From NCBI GenBank assembly GCA_040756235.1, contig JBFLZG010000004.1, positions 1 to 64,000 of the forward strand: a stretch of 64,000 bases of DNA, in the 5' to 3' direction. This document shows positions 1 to 9,003 of this stretch, piece by piece. The notes under the pieces are model-generated. The model worked only from the letters and a program-made list of their open reading frames with translations. It had not been told where the DNA came from and did not search any database. Source of the stretch: a bacterium (GTDB lineage: Bacteria; Desulfobacterota; DSWW01). The translations under genes were made by a program, and so were the position numbers. Within the stretch, counting starts at the first letter, position 1. Each line of letters starts with the position of its first letter.

Positions 1-70
1 TCATAAATCCGGTCAGACCCTCGTGCGACCACTCATTCCGGAGGACTCGGAGGCGCGGCCGCATGATTTC

Positions 71-183
71 CGTCATTCCGGCGAAGGCCGGAATCCAGTC
101 CCTGCGCCCAGTTACCACAGCTGGTCCAGTGCACCCTCCCGGATCCCGGCTCACACGCGCTCCGCAGTTGGGCCGGGATGACG
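71..183. repeat. REP-like palindromic element (GTCATTCC-type doublet)
   Basis: GTCATTCCGGCGAAGGCCGGAATCCA at 72-97. Outer inverted arms CGTCATTCCGGC (71-82) and GCCGGGATGACG (172-183). Intergenic, downstream of moxR. Confidence 0.7.
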
Positions 184-261
184 CAATACGAGAAGGCCTC
201 ACAAGCCGTCCTCCCTTTCTTGCCGACAACTGGCAACTGACCGCTGGAAACTCTCTCGGAG

Positions 262-1248
262 CTAGGGTACCTCGATCCGTTCCAGGATCCTGGCAATCAC
301 GTGGTCCGTGCTCAGATCCTCCGCCTCCGCCTCGTACGTGAGCAGGATGCGGTGCCGCAGCACGTCGGGTGCGATGGTCTTGACGTCCTGAGGGGTGACG
401 TATCCCCGGCCCTGCAGAAAGGCATACGCCTTGGCTGCCTGGTTGAGGCAGATGGAGGCTCGCGGGGAGGCCCCGTAGTGGATGAGGTTGCCGACGTCGA
501 GCTTGTAAGCTTTGGGTTCGCGGGTGGCGAGCACGAGGTCCACGATGTAGTTCTGGATCTTGTCATCGATGTAGACGCTGTCCACGATTTCACGGGCCTG
601 GCTCACCTGGGGCGCCCCGAGGACGGGCGCGATCTCGGGCTTTCGCGTCCGGGCCTGCGCGTTCATGATGCTCAGCTCCTCTTCCCGGTTCGGGTAGCGG
701 ACGAGCAGCTTGAGCATGAAGCGGTCCACCTGGGCCTCGGGCAGCGGGTAAGTTCCCTCCTGTTCGATCGGGTTCTGCGTGGCCATGACCATGAAAGGCT
801 CTTCCAGGGGGAAGGTCTGCTCTCCGATCGTTACCTGCTTTTCCTGCATCGCTTCCAGCAGTGCGCTCTGGACCTTGGCCGGGGCGCGGTTGATCTCGTC
901 GGCCAGGACGATGTTGCTGAAGATCGGCCCTTTCTTAACCACGAAGTCTCCTTCTCGCGGCCGGTAGATTTGGGTGCCGATGAGGTCGGCAGGCAGGAGG
1001 TCGGGCGTGAACTGGATGCGCTGGAAGCGGGCATGGATCGTCCTGGCCAGGCACTTGACGGCCGTGGTCTTGGCCAGCCCCGGCACCCCTTCGACCAGGA
1101 TGTGGCCGTCGGCCAAGACCCCGATCAGGAGCCTCTCGATCATGCTCTTCTGTCCGATGATGACCTTTCCGATCTCGGAGAAGATATCCTGCACCGTGGG
1201 TCCCATGGCCTGGATCCGTTCGGTGATCTCCTGCACGTTCGCCCTCAT
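262..1248 (-). CDS. moxR: MoxR-family AAA+ ATPase
   Basis: GVPGLAKT Walker A, RIQFTPDLLPAD, LADEINRAPAKVQSALLEAM, ATQNPIEQEGTYPLPEAQVDRF. Confidence 0.95.
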   Translation of the reverse strand: MRANVQEITERIQAMGPTVQDIFSEIGKVIIGQKSMIERLLIGVLADGHILVEGVPGLAKTTAVKCLARTIHARFQRIQFTPDLLPADLIGTQIYRPREGDFVVKKGPIFSNIVLADEINRAPAKVQSALLEAMQEKQVTIGEQTFPLEEPFMVMATQNPIEQEGTYPLPEAQVDRFMLKLLVRYPNREEELSIMNAQARTRKPEIAPVLGAPQVSQAREIVDSVYIDDKIQNYIVDLVLATREPKAYKLDVGNLIHYGASPRASICLNQAAKAYAFLQGRGYVTPQDVKTIAPDVLRHRILLTYEAEAEDLSTDHVIARILERIEVP

Positions 1249-1312
1249 CCGATTACCTCCTTAAATAGAAAGGGAACCGCTCCCAGCAGGCCGGGCGGCG
1301 GATGCGGAAGAC

Positions 1313-1480
1313 TCACCCGCGATCCGGGTACGACCGGGAGCGGGCGCTCCGCCGGAGCTCATGGCACCATCGCTCCAGTTCCTCCCCGGAGAGGCGCCTG
1401 CCTCCGTACTGGACCTGCTCGAGTAAGGTCTTCAGGGAATCCAGAGCGGCCTGATCTTGATGAGGCAGAAGAGCCCTCAT
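1313..1480 (-). CDS. Possible small hypothetical protein (55 aa)
   Basis: MRALLPHQDQAALDSLKTLLEQVQ... reads as helical and is co-oriented with its neighbours. No RBS and no recognisable motif. Confidence 0.3.
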   Translation of the reverse strand: MRALLPHQDQAALDSLKTLLEQVQYGGRRLSGEELERWCHELRRSARSRSYPDRG

Positions 1481-1705
1481 TCTAAGGGCCGTCTGCAAAA
1501 AGGACAAGGATCGAGGTATGCCCGAGACTTACAGCCATCCCGTGTCTCCGTGTGGCGGGAATCGCGACCCCGCGGTTGGCTGCTTGGCGGTGCCGGGCGA
1601 AGCCCTTGTATGGCGGGCCGGTCTATTTCGGTTCGACGGGCATGGAGGAAAAGAGTTCCATCCGGAGGGAGGGAAGGGGAAAAGGTCAACGGGAATAAGT
1701 TCAAA

Positions 1706-1733
1706 GCAGGGGCGAAAGATCTTTCGCCCCGAC
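1706..1733. repeat. GTAG-family REP copy
   Basis: GCAGGGGCGAAAGATCTTTCGCCCCGAC palindrome directly after the stop of the sigma-54 activator. Confidence 0.75.
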
Positions 1734-3122
1734 TCAGGGCCTCAGGCCATATTTCTTGACCTTCCTGTACAGCGTCGCCTGGCCCAGGCCGAGCTTTCGA
1801 GCCGCTTCACCGATGTTGCCGTGGCAGATTTTCAGGGCATGGAGGATCGCCTGTTTTTCGAGTTCGTGGAGGCGGAGGATCCTGCGGAAGGCGTCCCCCG
1901 ATTCCGGATCGGAAGGAAGAGGCCTCGGCGCAGACAGCGGAACGGCCCTGGGCTGCTGGAGCTTCTGCGGCAAGAAGCGCCCCACCACCTGCGAGCCCAT
2001 GTTCAGGGCCACCACCTGCTCGATGGTATTCTTGAGCTCCCGCACATTGCCGGGCCAGGTGTATTCCAGCATGCTCTCCATCGCCTCTGCGGAGAAATCA
2101 TAGAAGTATTTTTCGTACTTTGCAGAGAATTCCTCGAGGAATTTCATGGCCAGGATCGGAATGTCCTCTTTCCGTTCCCGCAGCGGCGCCACGTCGATGG
2201 GAATCACGGAGATGCGGTAGTAGAGATCCTCCCGCAGGCGGCCCTCCTTCACCTCGGTCAGCGGGTCCCGGTTGGTGGCGCAGATCACGCGGGTGTTCAC
2301 TTCGACCAGGCGGTCGCTGCCGAGGCGCCGGAAGCTCCGCTCCTGCAGGAAGCGCAGGAGCTTGACCTGCAGATCCGGGGCCATCTCGCAAATTTCGTCC
2401 AGAAAAAGCGTCCCGTTGTTTGCGGTCTCGCAACATCCCATGTGACGGCGGTCCGCGCCGGTGAAAGCCCCCTTCTCATGGCCGAAAAGCTCGCTCTCCA
2501 GGAGGCCCTTGGGAATGCTCCCGCAGTTGACGGCCACGAAGGGATGTTCCCTGCGGGGGCTCCTGCGATGAATTGCCTGGGCCACCAGCTCCTTGCCGAC
2601 TCCGCTCTCGCCGGTTACGAACACGATGGCATCCCCGCGGGCGATCGAATCGATCATCCGGTAGATCCGCTGCATCGGGTAGCTGACCCCGATGAGTCCT
2701 TCGAACTGACCGCGTCGTTCGTAGGTCTCCTGCAGTTGGTTCACCTTTCTCAGGAGCTTGGACTCCCTGACGGCCTCGAGCAGGGCCTTCTCGATGTTGC
2801 TCTCTTTCAGAGGCTTGAGGAAGTAATCTCGCGCCCCCTTCTTCATGGCTTCCACGACCTGGGTGACCGTGCCGTTCGCGCTGATGAAAATGACGGGCAG
2901 ATCCTCCCACTCGCGTTTCAGGATATCCAGGGTCCCGAGCCCATCGTCGGACCAGTCGGTCGAGAGGACCACGACATCGGGAAGCCCCCTCTGAAAAAAC
3001 TGCAGGAGCACGTTCGGCGAAGGGCAGACTTCGATGGCATCCTCCTTGCGGCGAAATCTCTCCTGGAGAAAGGCGATGGTCTCGGGATCGCCGTCCAGGA
3101 GGAGAATCTTCAGAGGTTCCAT
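1734..3122 (-). CDS. Sigma-54-dependent (NtrC-type) activator with atypical receiver domain
   Basis: REC-like N-terminus, [38 protein letters not shown]-terminal Fis HTH. Start taken at MEPLKILLL. Confidence 0.93.
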   Translation of the reverse strand: MEPLKILLLDGDPETIAFLQERFRRKEDAIEVCPSPNVLLQFFQRGLPDVVVLSTDWSDDGLGTLDILKREWEDLPVIFISANGTVTQVVEAMKKGARDYFLKPLKESNIEKALLEAVRESKLLRKVNQLQETYERRGQFEGLIGVSYPMQRIYRMIDSIARGDAIVFVTGESGVGKELVAQAIHRRSPRREHPFVAVNCGSIPKGLLESELFGHEKGAFTGADRRHMGCCETANNGTLFLDEICEMAPDLQVKLLRFLQERSFRRLGSDRLVEVNTRVICATNRDPLTEVKEGRLREDLYYRISVIPIDVAPLRERKEDIPILAMKFLEEFSAKYEKYFYDFSAEAMESMLEYTWPGNVRELKNTIEQVVALNMGSQVVGRFLPQKLQQPRAVPLSAPRPLPSDPESGDAFRRILRLHELEKQAILHALKICHGNIGEAARKLGLGQATLYRKVKKYGLRP

Positions 3123-3286
3123 ACAGCTTTCCTTTCCATTCCAGGCGTGGCCAAAGGCCTGCACCGGATGGCCGTCGAGCCGCAGGGGGGAGTTCGCCCC
3201 TCACGGCGTGCATTCCTTCCTCTGGGTGTAATCGGCAGGTTTGGGGCAGGACGTTAGGAGTCCGGCCTGAGAGTTGAAGAAATATC

Positions 3287-3314
3287 TTGACAATGACACG
3301 AATTTCGTTATATT
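3287..3314 (+). promoter_or_regulatory. Putative sigma-70 promoter for the PilZ gene
   Basis: TTGACA (3287-3292), 16-bp spacer, TATATT (3309-3314), in an AT-rich patch. Confidence 0.55.
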
Positions 3315-3335
3315 CGGCACAAGTAGAGGTGAGGC

Positions 3336-6239
3336 TTGAAGGAGAATGTCAAGCCGAGTCATGGGGGGGCCGCTTTCGAACCGGGAAGATCGAGGGGGGG
3401 TGCTTTGACCGGCAGACCAGAGGAACGCAGAGAAAGCCAACGAGTCTCGCTTCACGTCCCTCTTCTGTTCGAGAAGGGGGGGCGCTCTTTCTGGAGCATG
3501 ACCGAGGACGTGAGCCTGGGGGGGGCATTCCTGCAGAGCTTCCATCCTCCGGAAACGGGCGAGCGCCTCGATGTGCGCTTCCATCCGCCGGTTTCCTCCA
3601 GGGACCTGCGGCTCCAGGTCAAAGTGGTACACCGGAGAGAACGGAACAAGTCGGCCTTCCCGGACGAAGCGCCTTCCCTGCCTGCAGGCGTCGGGGTGGT
3701 CTTCGAGGGAGTTTCCCGTGACCTGCGCGACAGGCTTGCCGATGTTCTGTTCGGCTCGACGGGGCTGGCCGGGAGGAAAAGACCTGGAGCTCTTACCGGG
3801 GAGGCGGACGAAACCGAACCGCTTCGACTCCTGAAGGATCCGGATGCGATCCAGAGGGTTTTCCAGTGCGTCTGCCGCAAGCTCGTTCCCGTCCACGTCC
3901 GGCATCTCGGCGGGACCATCGCCCACGTGAGCTATTTCACCAAGATCGAATCGAGCAAGAGGGGCGTCCGCGTCCTGGCCGAGCCCATCCCCCTGCAGGA
4001 TGCGGATCCGGCCGTCCGGTCGAAGGTCCCTTTCCTCTTCCAGTTTCCTCATCAAGACCGGTGGTTTTCCTTCACGGTCAAGGAGGCTCCGGAGGAGGTC
4101 AAACGGCCGTGGTCTTTCCGTCTCCCGGTGCAGCTCACCTGGCGAGAGGACCGGCGCCAGGAGCGCTATTCCCATGAGCTGAAGCACCCGGTCACGGTGG
4201 AGTTCCCGGACCCGTTCGATTCCAACCTCCATCGGGTCAAGAACGTCCTGGACGTGAGCTTCGGCGGACTGGCCTTCAAGAGCTATCCGGGCGAGGAAGT
4301 CTATCCCCCCGGGACCCCGCTCGAAGGTCTGACGATTTTCGCTTCGGACCGCTTCTGCCGGGCGACCGAGGGAGTGGTCAAGCACAGCGGGCTCGCCTGC
4401 TCGCACCAGGGTGAGGTCTTCCGGAGGGTGGGGGTCGCCTTTTCGGACAGAGGGGCCCCGAGGCTGACCGAAGTCCCTCGGTTCAAAGAGGACGAAATGG
4501 AGGAGATGACGAGGCCGGAGACGATCCTCCAGCACCTCAAGAGGGTGTCTCAGAGCTCTACCAAGATCCTGTCCGGGCTGGACCACTGCATTCTTTTCTC
4601 GGACGGGGTGCTGCGGGCGGAGAAACGCAGCGAGGGGACGGAGATTCTGGTGACCTCTCCGCACCTGGCCAGGAGCCCCGTGGGCCTCTTTCAGGAGGGG
4701 GACGTCACCTACCACTACCTTCTGCACGGGACCTACCATTTCTTCGTGGCCCCGACGCACCGGGAAGACGGCGCGCTCAAGCTGCAGATGCCTTCGCGCA
4801 TCTACAAGGCGAAACGGAGACGCGTGGTCCGGGTCGACTGCAACGAGGGTCGAGCGGCCCGGCTTCGTTTCGTGCATCCGGTCCTGGGCCACAGGCTCAC
4901 CTTCCCTCTGCGGGACCTCTCCGTGCGCGGTCTCGCCTTTGATTGCGACTACACGCGCCATCTGCTGTGGAAGGAGTTCTTCCTCAAGGACTCCGAAATC
5001 GAGCTCGAGGGTGAGGTCCATCCCGTAGGCAGCGTCGAGGTCCGCTCTCTGTCCCTCCGGGCCGCCGAGGGCGGTATTCAGGAGAAGACCTGCGGAGCGG
5101 AGTTCTTCGATCTGCCCTGCGATACGGAAAAGAAGATTTCCGATTATATCTTCAGGAAGAGCAACCCCCACATCGTCCAGGTGGCCTCCGAAAAGATCGA
5201 GAACCTCTGGCAGCTCTTTTCGAAGTCCGGATTCCTCTACCCGTCCAAGGCGGCCTACCTCAGCCGGATCAAGGGAGAGGTGAACGAGACCTGGAAGACT
5301 CTGCTGTCCGGAGATCACGATTTCTACAAGCACATCGTCTTTCGGGAAGGAGAGGAGGAGCTGGGGACCGCCTCTGCCGTGCAGGTATATGAGAACTGCT
5401 GGCTGTTTCAGCACCTGGCCACCACCAGCCATCCCGTCAAGCTGGTCGCGAAGTACGTCATACTGGGGCTGGCCCAGTTCCTGATGGAGCACCGGGAGAT
5501 CAAGTACCTGATCACCTATTTCCGAAAGGAGAACTCATTCCCTCGCAAAATCTACTCCGGCTTTCTGGATTCCTATCCGCTCGATGAGCAGCTGCGATTC
5601 ACCAAATTCAACTTCCTGTCGTGTGACCTGGGAGGTGAGAGCAAGGAGATCCCTCCGGTCAGACTTCCCATGCGGCCCGGCCGCAACGGAATTCTCATCG
5701 AGCTCGCCGGCGAATCGGACAAGGAGATCATTGAAAGTTGCCTGCGCAAGGAGCTCCATCCTCTTCTCATACGCTCCCGAAGCTTGCATCGGGACAGTCT
5801 CACCTTACCCGAGACCTCGGCGGTCTTCCGGCCCAAGGGGCTGTTTCGGGATCGGTACTGCCTGGTGGCGCGGGACCGGGGAGAGCTGGCCGCGTTCGCT
5901 CTCGTCGAGAACGCTTCGCCGGGCATGAATCTCTCCGGGCTTCTGAATACGTTCTGTGTGTGGTCCATGCAGTCCGATCGGCGAAGCCACGAGATCAAGA
6001 GAATTCTGATCCGGGCCGTGGCCGGGTTTTATCGCTCCCTGGGCGTCCGAACGGCCATCTGCTTGACCCTCGAGGAGGACCCTGGCGATTATGCGGCCGT
6101 GGGATTCAGAAAGGAGAAAGAATACATCTGCTTCACCTCGAGCCGAAAGGCCATCAAGAGCTACTACGACTACGTCCAGGAGCGATTCAGCCGGTTTGAA
6201 GAAAGAAAGCACAGATCCTCGGGTGAACTCCTCGCCTGA
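3336..6239 (+). CDS. Multi-PilZ-domain protein with C-terminal GNAT-like region
   Basis: Three RxxxR / DxSxxG pairs (RESQR-DVSLGG, RRQER-DVSFGG, RRVVR-DLSVRG). The ~350-aa C-terminal alpha/beta region looks acyltransferase-like (inferred). Confidence 0.82.
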   Translation: MKENVKPSHGGAAFEPGRSRGGALTGRPEERRESQRVSLHVPLLFEKGGRSFWSMTEDVSLGGAFLQSFHPPETGERLDVRFHPPVSSRDLRLQVKVVHRRERNKSAFPDEAPSLPAGVGVVFEGVSRDLRDRLADVLFGSTGLAGRKRPGALTGEADETEPLRLLKDPDAIQRVFQCVCRKLVPVHVRHLGGTIAHVSYFTKIESSKRGVRVLAEPIPLQDADPAVRSKVPFLFQFPHQDRWFSFTVKEAPEEVKRPWSFRLPVQLTWREDRRQERYSHELKHPVTVEFPDPFDSNLHRVKNVLDVSFGGLAFKSYPGEEVYPPGTPLEGLTIFASDRFCRATEGVVKHSGLACSHQGEVFRRVGVAFSDRGAPRLTEVPRFKEDEMEEMTRPETILQHLKRVSQSSTKILSGLDHCILFSDGVLRAEKRSEGTEILVTSPHLARSPVGLFQEGDVTYHYLLHGTYHFFVAPTHREDGALKLQMPSRIYKAKRRRVVRVDCNEGRAARLRFVHPVLGHRLTFPLRDLSVRGLAFDCDYTRHLLWKEFFLKDSEIELEGEVHPVGSVEVRSLSLRAAEGGIQEKTCGAEFFDLPCDTEKKISDYIFRKSNPHIVQVASEKIENLWQLFSKSGFLYPSKAAYLSRIKGEVNETWKTLLSGDHDFYKHIVFREGEEELGTASAVQVYENCWLFQHLATTSHPVKLVAKYVILGLAQFLMEHREIKYLITYFRKENSFPRKIYSGFLDSYPLDEQLRFTKFNFLSCDLGGESKEIPPVRLPMRPGRNGILIELAGESDKEIIESCLRKELHPLLIRSRSLHRDSLTLPETSAVFRPKGLFRDRYCLVARDRGELAAFALVENASPGMNLSGLLNTFCVWSMQSDRRSHEIKRILIRAVAGFYRSLGVRTAICLTLEEDPGDYAAVGFRKEKEYICFTSSRKAIKSYYDYVQERFSRFEERKHRSSGELLA

Positions 6240-6316
6240 ACCGATCCCTGAGGACGTTCGCTCGTGAACGGCCTCAAGCCCTTGATGATCCAGGGAAGTC
6301 CTGTCGTGGAGAGGCC

Positions 6317-7114
6317 ATGTCCGACTATCTCATGGAGCACCCTCTGGAGGCCGAGCGCCTGGAGCTCAAGACACGCAGGGAGAAGGTCCTCCATCAGTTG
6401 AGGAGCTTGCCTTTGACACCCGGCATGGATGTTCTCGACGTGGGCTGCGGGACCGGTGCGGTCACGAGGATCCTCGCGGAAAAGGTTTTTCCTGGCACGG
6501 TGGTCGGCGTGGACTTCAGCAAGGAGAGGCTTCGTGCCGCCGAGCAGATAGCCCGGGAAGCGGGCGTTGAAAATGTGCGGTACGTCACGGCGGATGTCCG
6601 CACCCTTGAGCTCGGCGAAGAACAGTTCGATCTGGTCTTTTCGAGATGTCTCTTTCAATACCTTCCGGGAAAACTGGGCGAGGACACCCTGTCCGCAATG
6701 AAGCGCAGGGCACGTGCAGGCGGAACGATCTGCGTGGCCGACATCGATGGCAACTGTCTCTACCGCTACCCGGTCGACCAGGAGATGGGCCCCATCCTCG
6801 AAGCTTTTCTGCAGGAGCTGGAAAAGGCTGGCTTGGATCCTTATGTGGGGCGGAAGCTGTACTCGATGTTCCATAAAGCCGGCTTCCGCGACATCCAGGT
6901 TGATCTCCTTCCCTATTACCTGATTCCGGGCGCGGCGGATTCTACGACCCTGAGTGTGTGGCAGATGAAGATCAAGATCCTGGAGAAAAAACTCAGGGAA
7001 GCCTTCCCGCCGGCGTCAAGGGCCGAGCAAATGTGCGAACGGTTTATGACGGATCTGGCAAACGAGGAGATCTTGCACTACAACCTGATGTTTGTAGTAC
7101 AGGGAAAGGTCTGA
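6317..7114 (+). CDS. Class I SAM-dependent methyltransferase
   Basis: VLDVGCGTG, GVDFS, FDLVFSR motifs. GGAGAGG RBS. Confidence 0.92.
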   Translation: MSDYLMEHPLEAERLELKTRREKVLHQLRSLPLTPGMDVLDVGCGTGAVTRILAEKVFPGTVVGVDFSKERLRAAEQIAREAGVENVRYVTADVRTLELGEEQFDLVFSRCLFQYLPGKLGEDTLSAMKRRARAGGTICVADIDGNCLYRYPVDQEMGPILEAFLQELEKAGLDPYVGRKLYSMFHKAGFRDIQVDLLPYYLIPGAADSTTLSVWQMKIKILEKKLREAFPPASRAEQMCERFMTDLANEEILHYNLMFVVQGKV

Positions 7115-7195
7115 GATCCTACCGAGGGCAGCCGGAGCAAGACCTCGGGTCCGGGGGCTCTTGCGTCTGCGCCCTGTTCTTCTCGCCTTCTTAAA

Positions 7196-7293
7196 GAGAC
7201 ACGCGTAAGTAATGCAACGGATCTATCTCGGCTTCGGCCCAAGTTTGCCAGGGATTCCCGCTGCATGCTCCGTTGCATTAGATATGCGGTCTC
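7196..7293. repeat. Long inverted repeat between convergent genes
   Basis: Perfect 12-bp arms TAATGCAACGGA (7210-7221) / TCCGTTGCATTA (7269-7280), extended imperfectly by GAGAC/GTCTC. Confidence 0.65.
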
Positions 7294-7303
7294 CAATAGC
7301 CGT

Positions 7304-8650
7304 TCAAGGCAAGGTGTATCTGTTGTAGTAGTGAGAGTTCCGCCAGCTTCTTCTCAAAGCCTGATTTAGCTGGTAGACGACCAAGAATTTCTTCAGACCC
7401 TTCAAGTTGTACAGAGAGCGTCCGAGGCGTAATGCATAGGCAGGAAGAGAGTACAAGCGGCCTTTGATGTAGTTGTTGCCTGCGTATACGGTTTCAGGGT
7501 CGAGCCCTCTTGGCTTGTGAACCATATACGAGAAGCGATACTTGTCCCAGTCCTGCGGCAGGTTTTCACAGAGAAGCCTTCCCTCCTCTTTCAACTGTCT
7601 CATCAGGGCCGTGCCGGGGAGCGGAGTGAGCGTGCTGATTTGAAACATGTCGATATCTGAGCGCAGGAGGAACTCGGCCATTTCCCTGTAGTAGCCCTCT
7701 GATTCGTAGTCGTTCCCGATCACGAACGCGCCATAGACGCCGATCCCGTGCTTGTGGAACCTGCCTACCACGTCCCTGTATCTTTCCACGCCTACTTTGA
7801 GGTTGACTCCCTTCTCCATGGTCTTCAAGGTTTCCCGGCGGGTAGATTCGAAGCCGATGAAAGTGAACAGACAACCCGCCTCGGCCGCGAGCCGCACGAC
7901 CTCTTCATCCTCTGCTGCGTTGATGGATGCCTGCATCCACCACTTCTTGGCCAGCCCGCGCTCGATCATTCCCTGGAACAACCGCTTGGCGCGCAGCTTG
8001 TTCTCGGGGCTGTATCCGATCAGGTTGTCGTCCACAAAGGCGATGTATTTCCCCGGAATCGTGCTCAGCTCTGCGAGGACGTCATCGGCACTTCGCTGGC
8101 GATACCGCTTGCCGAGATACCGGGAGACCGAACAGAAGTGGCAGTTGAACGGGCATCCGCGAGATGTCTGGACGGGGTGCCAGAGATAACGCGGATCGAG
8201 CAGATCGCGGCGCGGCCGGATGCTCGATTCCTCCAGATCGATCTGCGGGCCCAGGTACCGTTCCGCCAGACAACCCCTCTCGAAATCATGGATGACTCGA
8301 TCCCACACACCCTCGACTTCTCCGATCACGACGGCATCCGCATGTTGCAGGGCCTCCTCGGGAAGCATGGAAGCATGGATCCCTCCGAGAACGACCTTGA
8401 TCTTGCGCTCTCGATAGTTCCGAGCGACTTCATAGGCCCTGTTGATGCTGCTCGTGAAAGCGGTGATGCCCACCAGGTCTGCCTCTTCCAGGACGGAGCC
8501 TTCGAAATTCTCATCGACGATCTTGATCTCCCAGTCCGGCGGAGTGACGGCAGCCACGTACGCGAGCCCAAGAGGCGGGAACGAAGAGATTCGGCTCAAC
8601 AGATAACCGCTTCTCCGTCCGACCGGATTGATCAAGAGAAGTCTCTTCAT
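7304..8650 (-). CDS. B12-binding-domain radical SAM protein
   Basis: PPLGLAYVAA, VVLGGIHAS, TSRGCPFNCHFC (CxxxCxxC), FVDDN, IGFES, TPLPGT. Confidence 0.93.
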   Translation of the reverse strand: MKRLLLINPVGRRSGYLLSRISSFPPLGLAYVAAVTPPDWEIKIVDENFEGSVLEEADLVGITAFTSSINRAYEVARNYRERKIKVVLGGIHASMLPEEALQHADAVVIGEVEGVWDRVIHDFERGCLAERYLGPQIDLEESSIRPRRDLLDPRYLWHPVQTSRGCPFNCHFCSVSRYLGKRYRQRSADDVLAELSTIPGKYIAFVDDNLIGYSPENKLRAKRLFQGMIERGLAKKWWMQASINAAEDEEVVRLAAEAGCLFTFIGFESTRRETLKTMEKGVNLKVGVERYRDVVGRFHKHGIGVYGAFVIGNDYESEGYYREMAEFLLRSDIDMFQISTLTPLPGTALMRQLKEEGRLLCENLPQDWDKYRFSYMVHKPRGLDPETVYAGNNYIKGRLYSLPAYALRLGRSLYNLKGLKKFLVVYQLNQALRRSWRNSHYYNRYTLP

Positions 8651-9003
8651 GGCGGATCGTGACTCCGTGTCTGGAAGAAGGGAGTTGCCGTGCGGGCCTT
8701 GTCAATCCGACCTTCACGCAAGGGGGCAGCGGAACCGCGCGGAATTCTAGCCCCTGCCGATTCCCGTTGGCAACCATACGGGCGGCCGTGTGGCCTAAGG
8801 CAAGTAGGTAAAACAGCCGATACCTTGAGGTAGGACAAACCGGTGACCTCATGCGCATTCAGGCGTGGACGACCGTGAGGCGCCATATCTCGGTTTCAGA
8901 GGTCCGTGGCCCCGGGTCGAGGCAGGGCGAGCCCTGTCTCTCCGGCTTGTGAATCGCCACGGGATGGCTCAAGCGTTCGCGCTTCACAGGAGAGAGGCCA
9001 GGA

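Noticed and set aside
1..30. ATG at 4-2 on the minus strand, possibly the start of a DUF58 gene after moxR
   Set aside because: Only one codon lies in the window, so the call rests on context alone.
1477..1704. 75-aa ORF ending CPFC with an ATGA overlap onto the next small ORF
   Set aside because: Weak TTG start beside a REP, no RBS, and Pro/Arg-rich non-coding-like composition. TGA read-through gives nothing meaningful.
3201..5492. Long antisense ORFs (763 aa here; also 1518-3257, 9658-12009, 13903-16107, 23440-25245 and others)
   Set aside because: They are shadow frames of motif-bearing genes on the opposite strand, expected in high-GC DNA, and carry no domain motifs.
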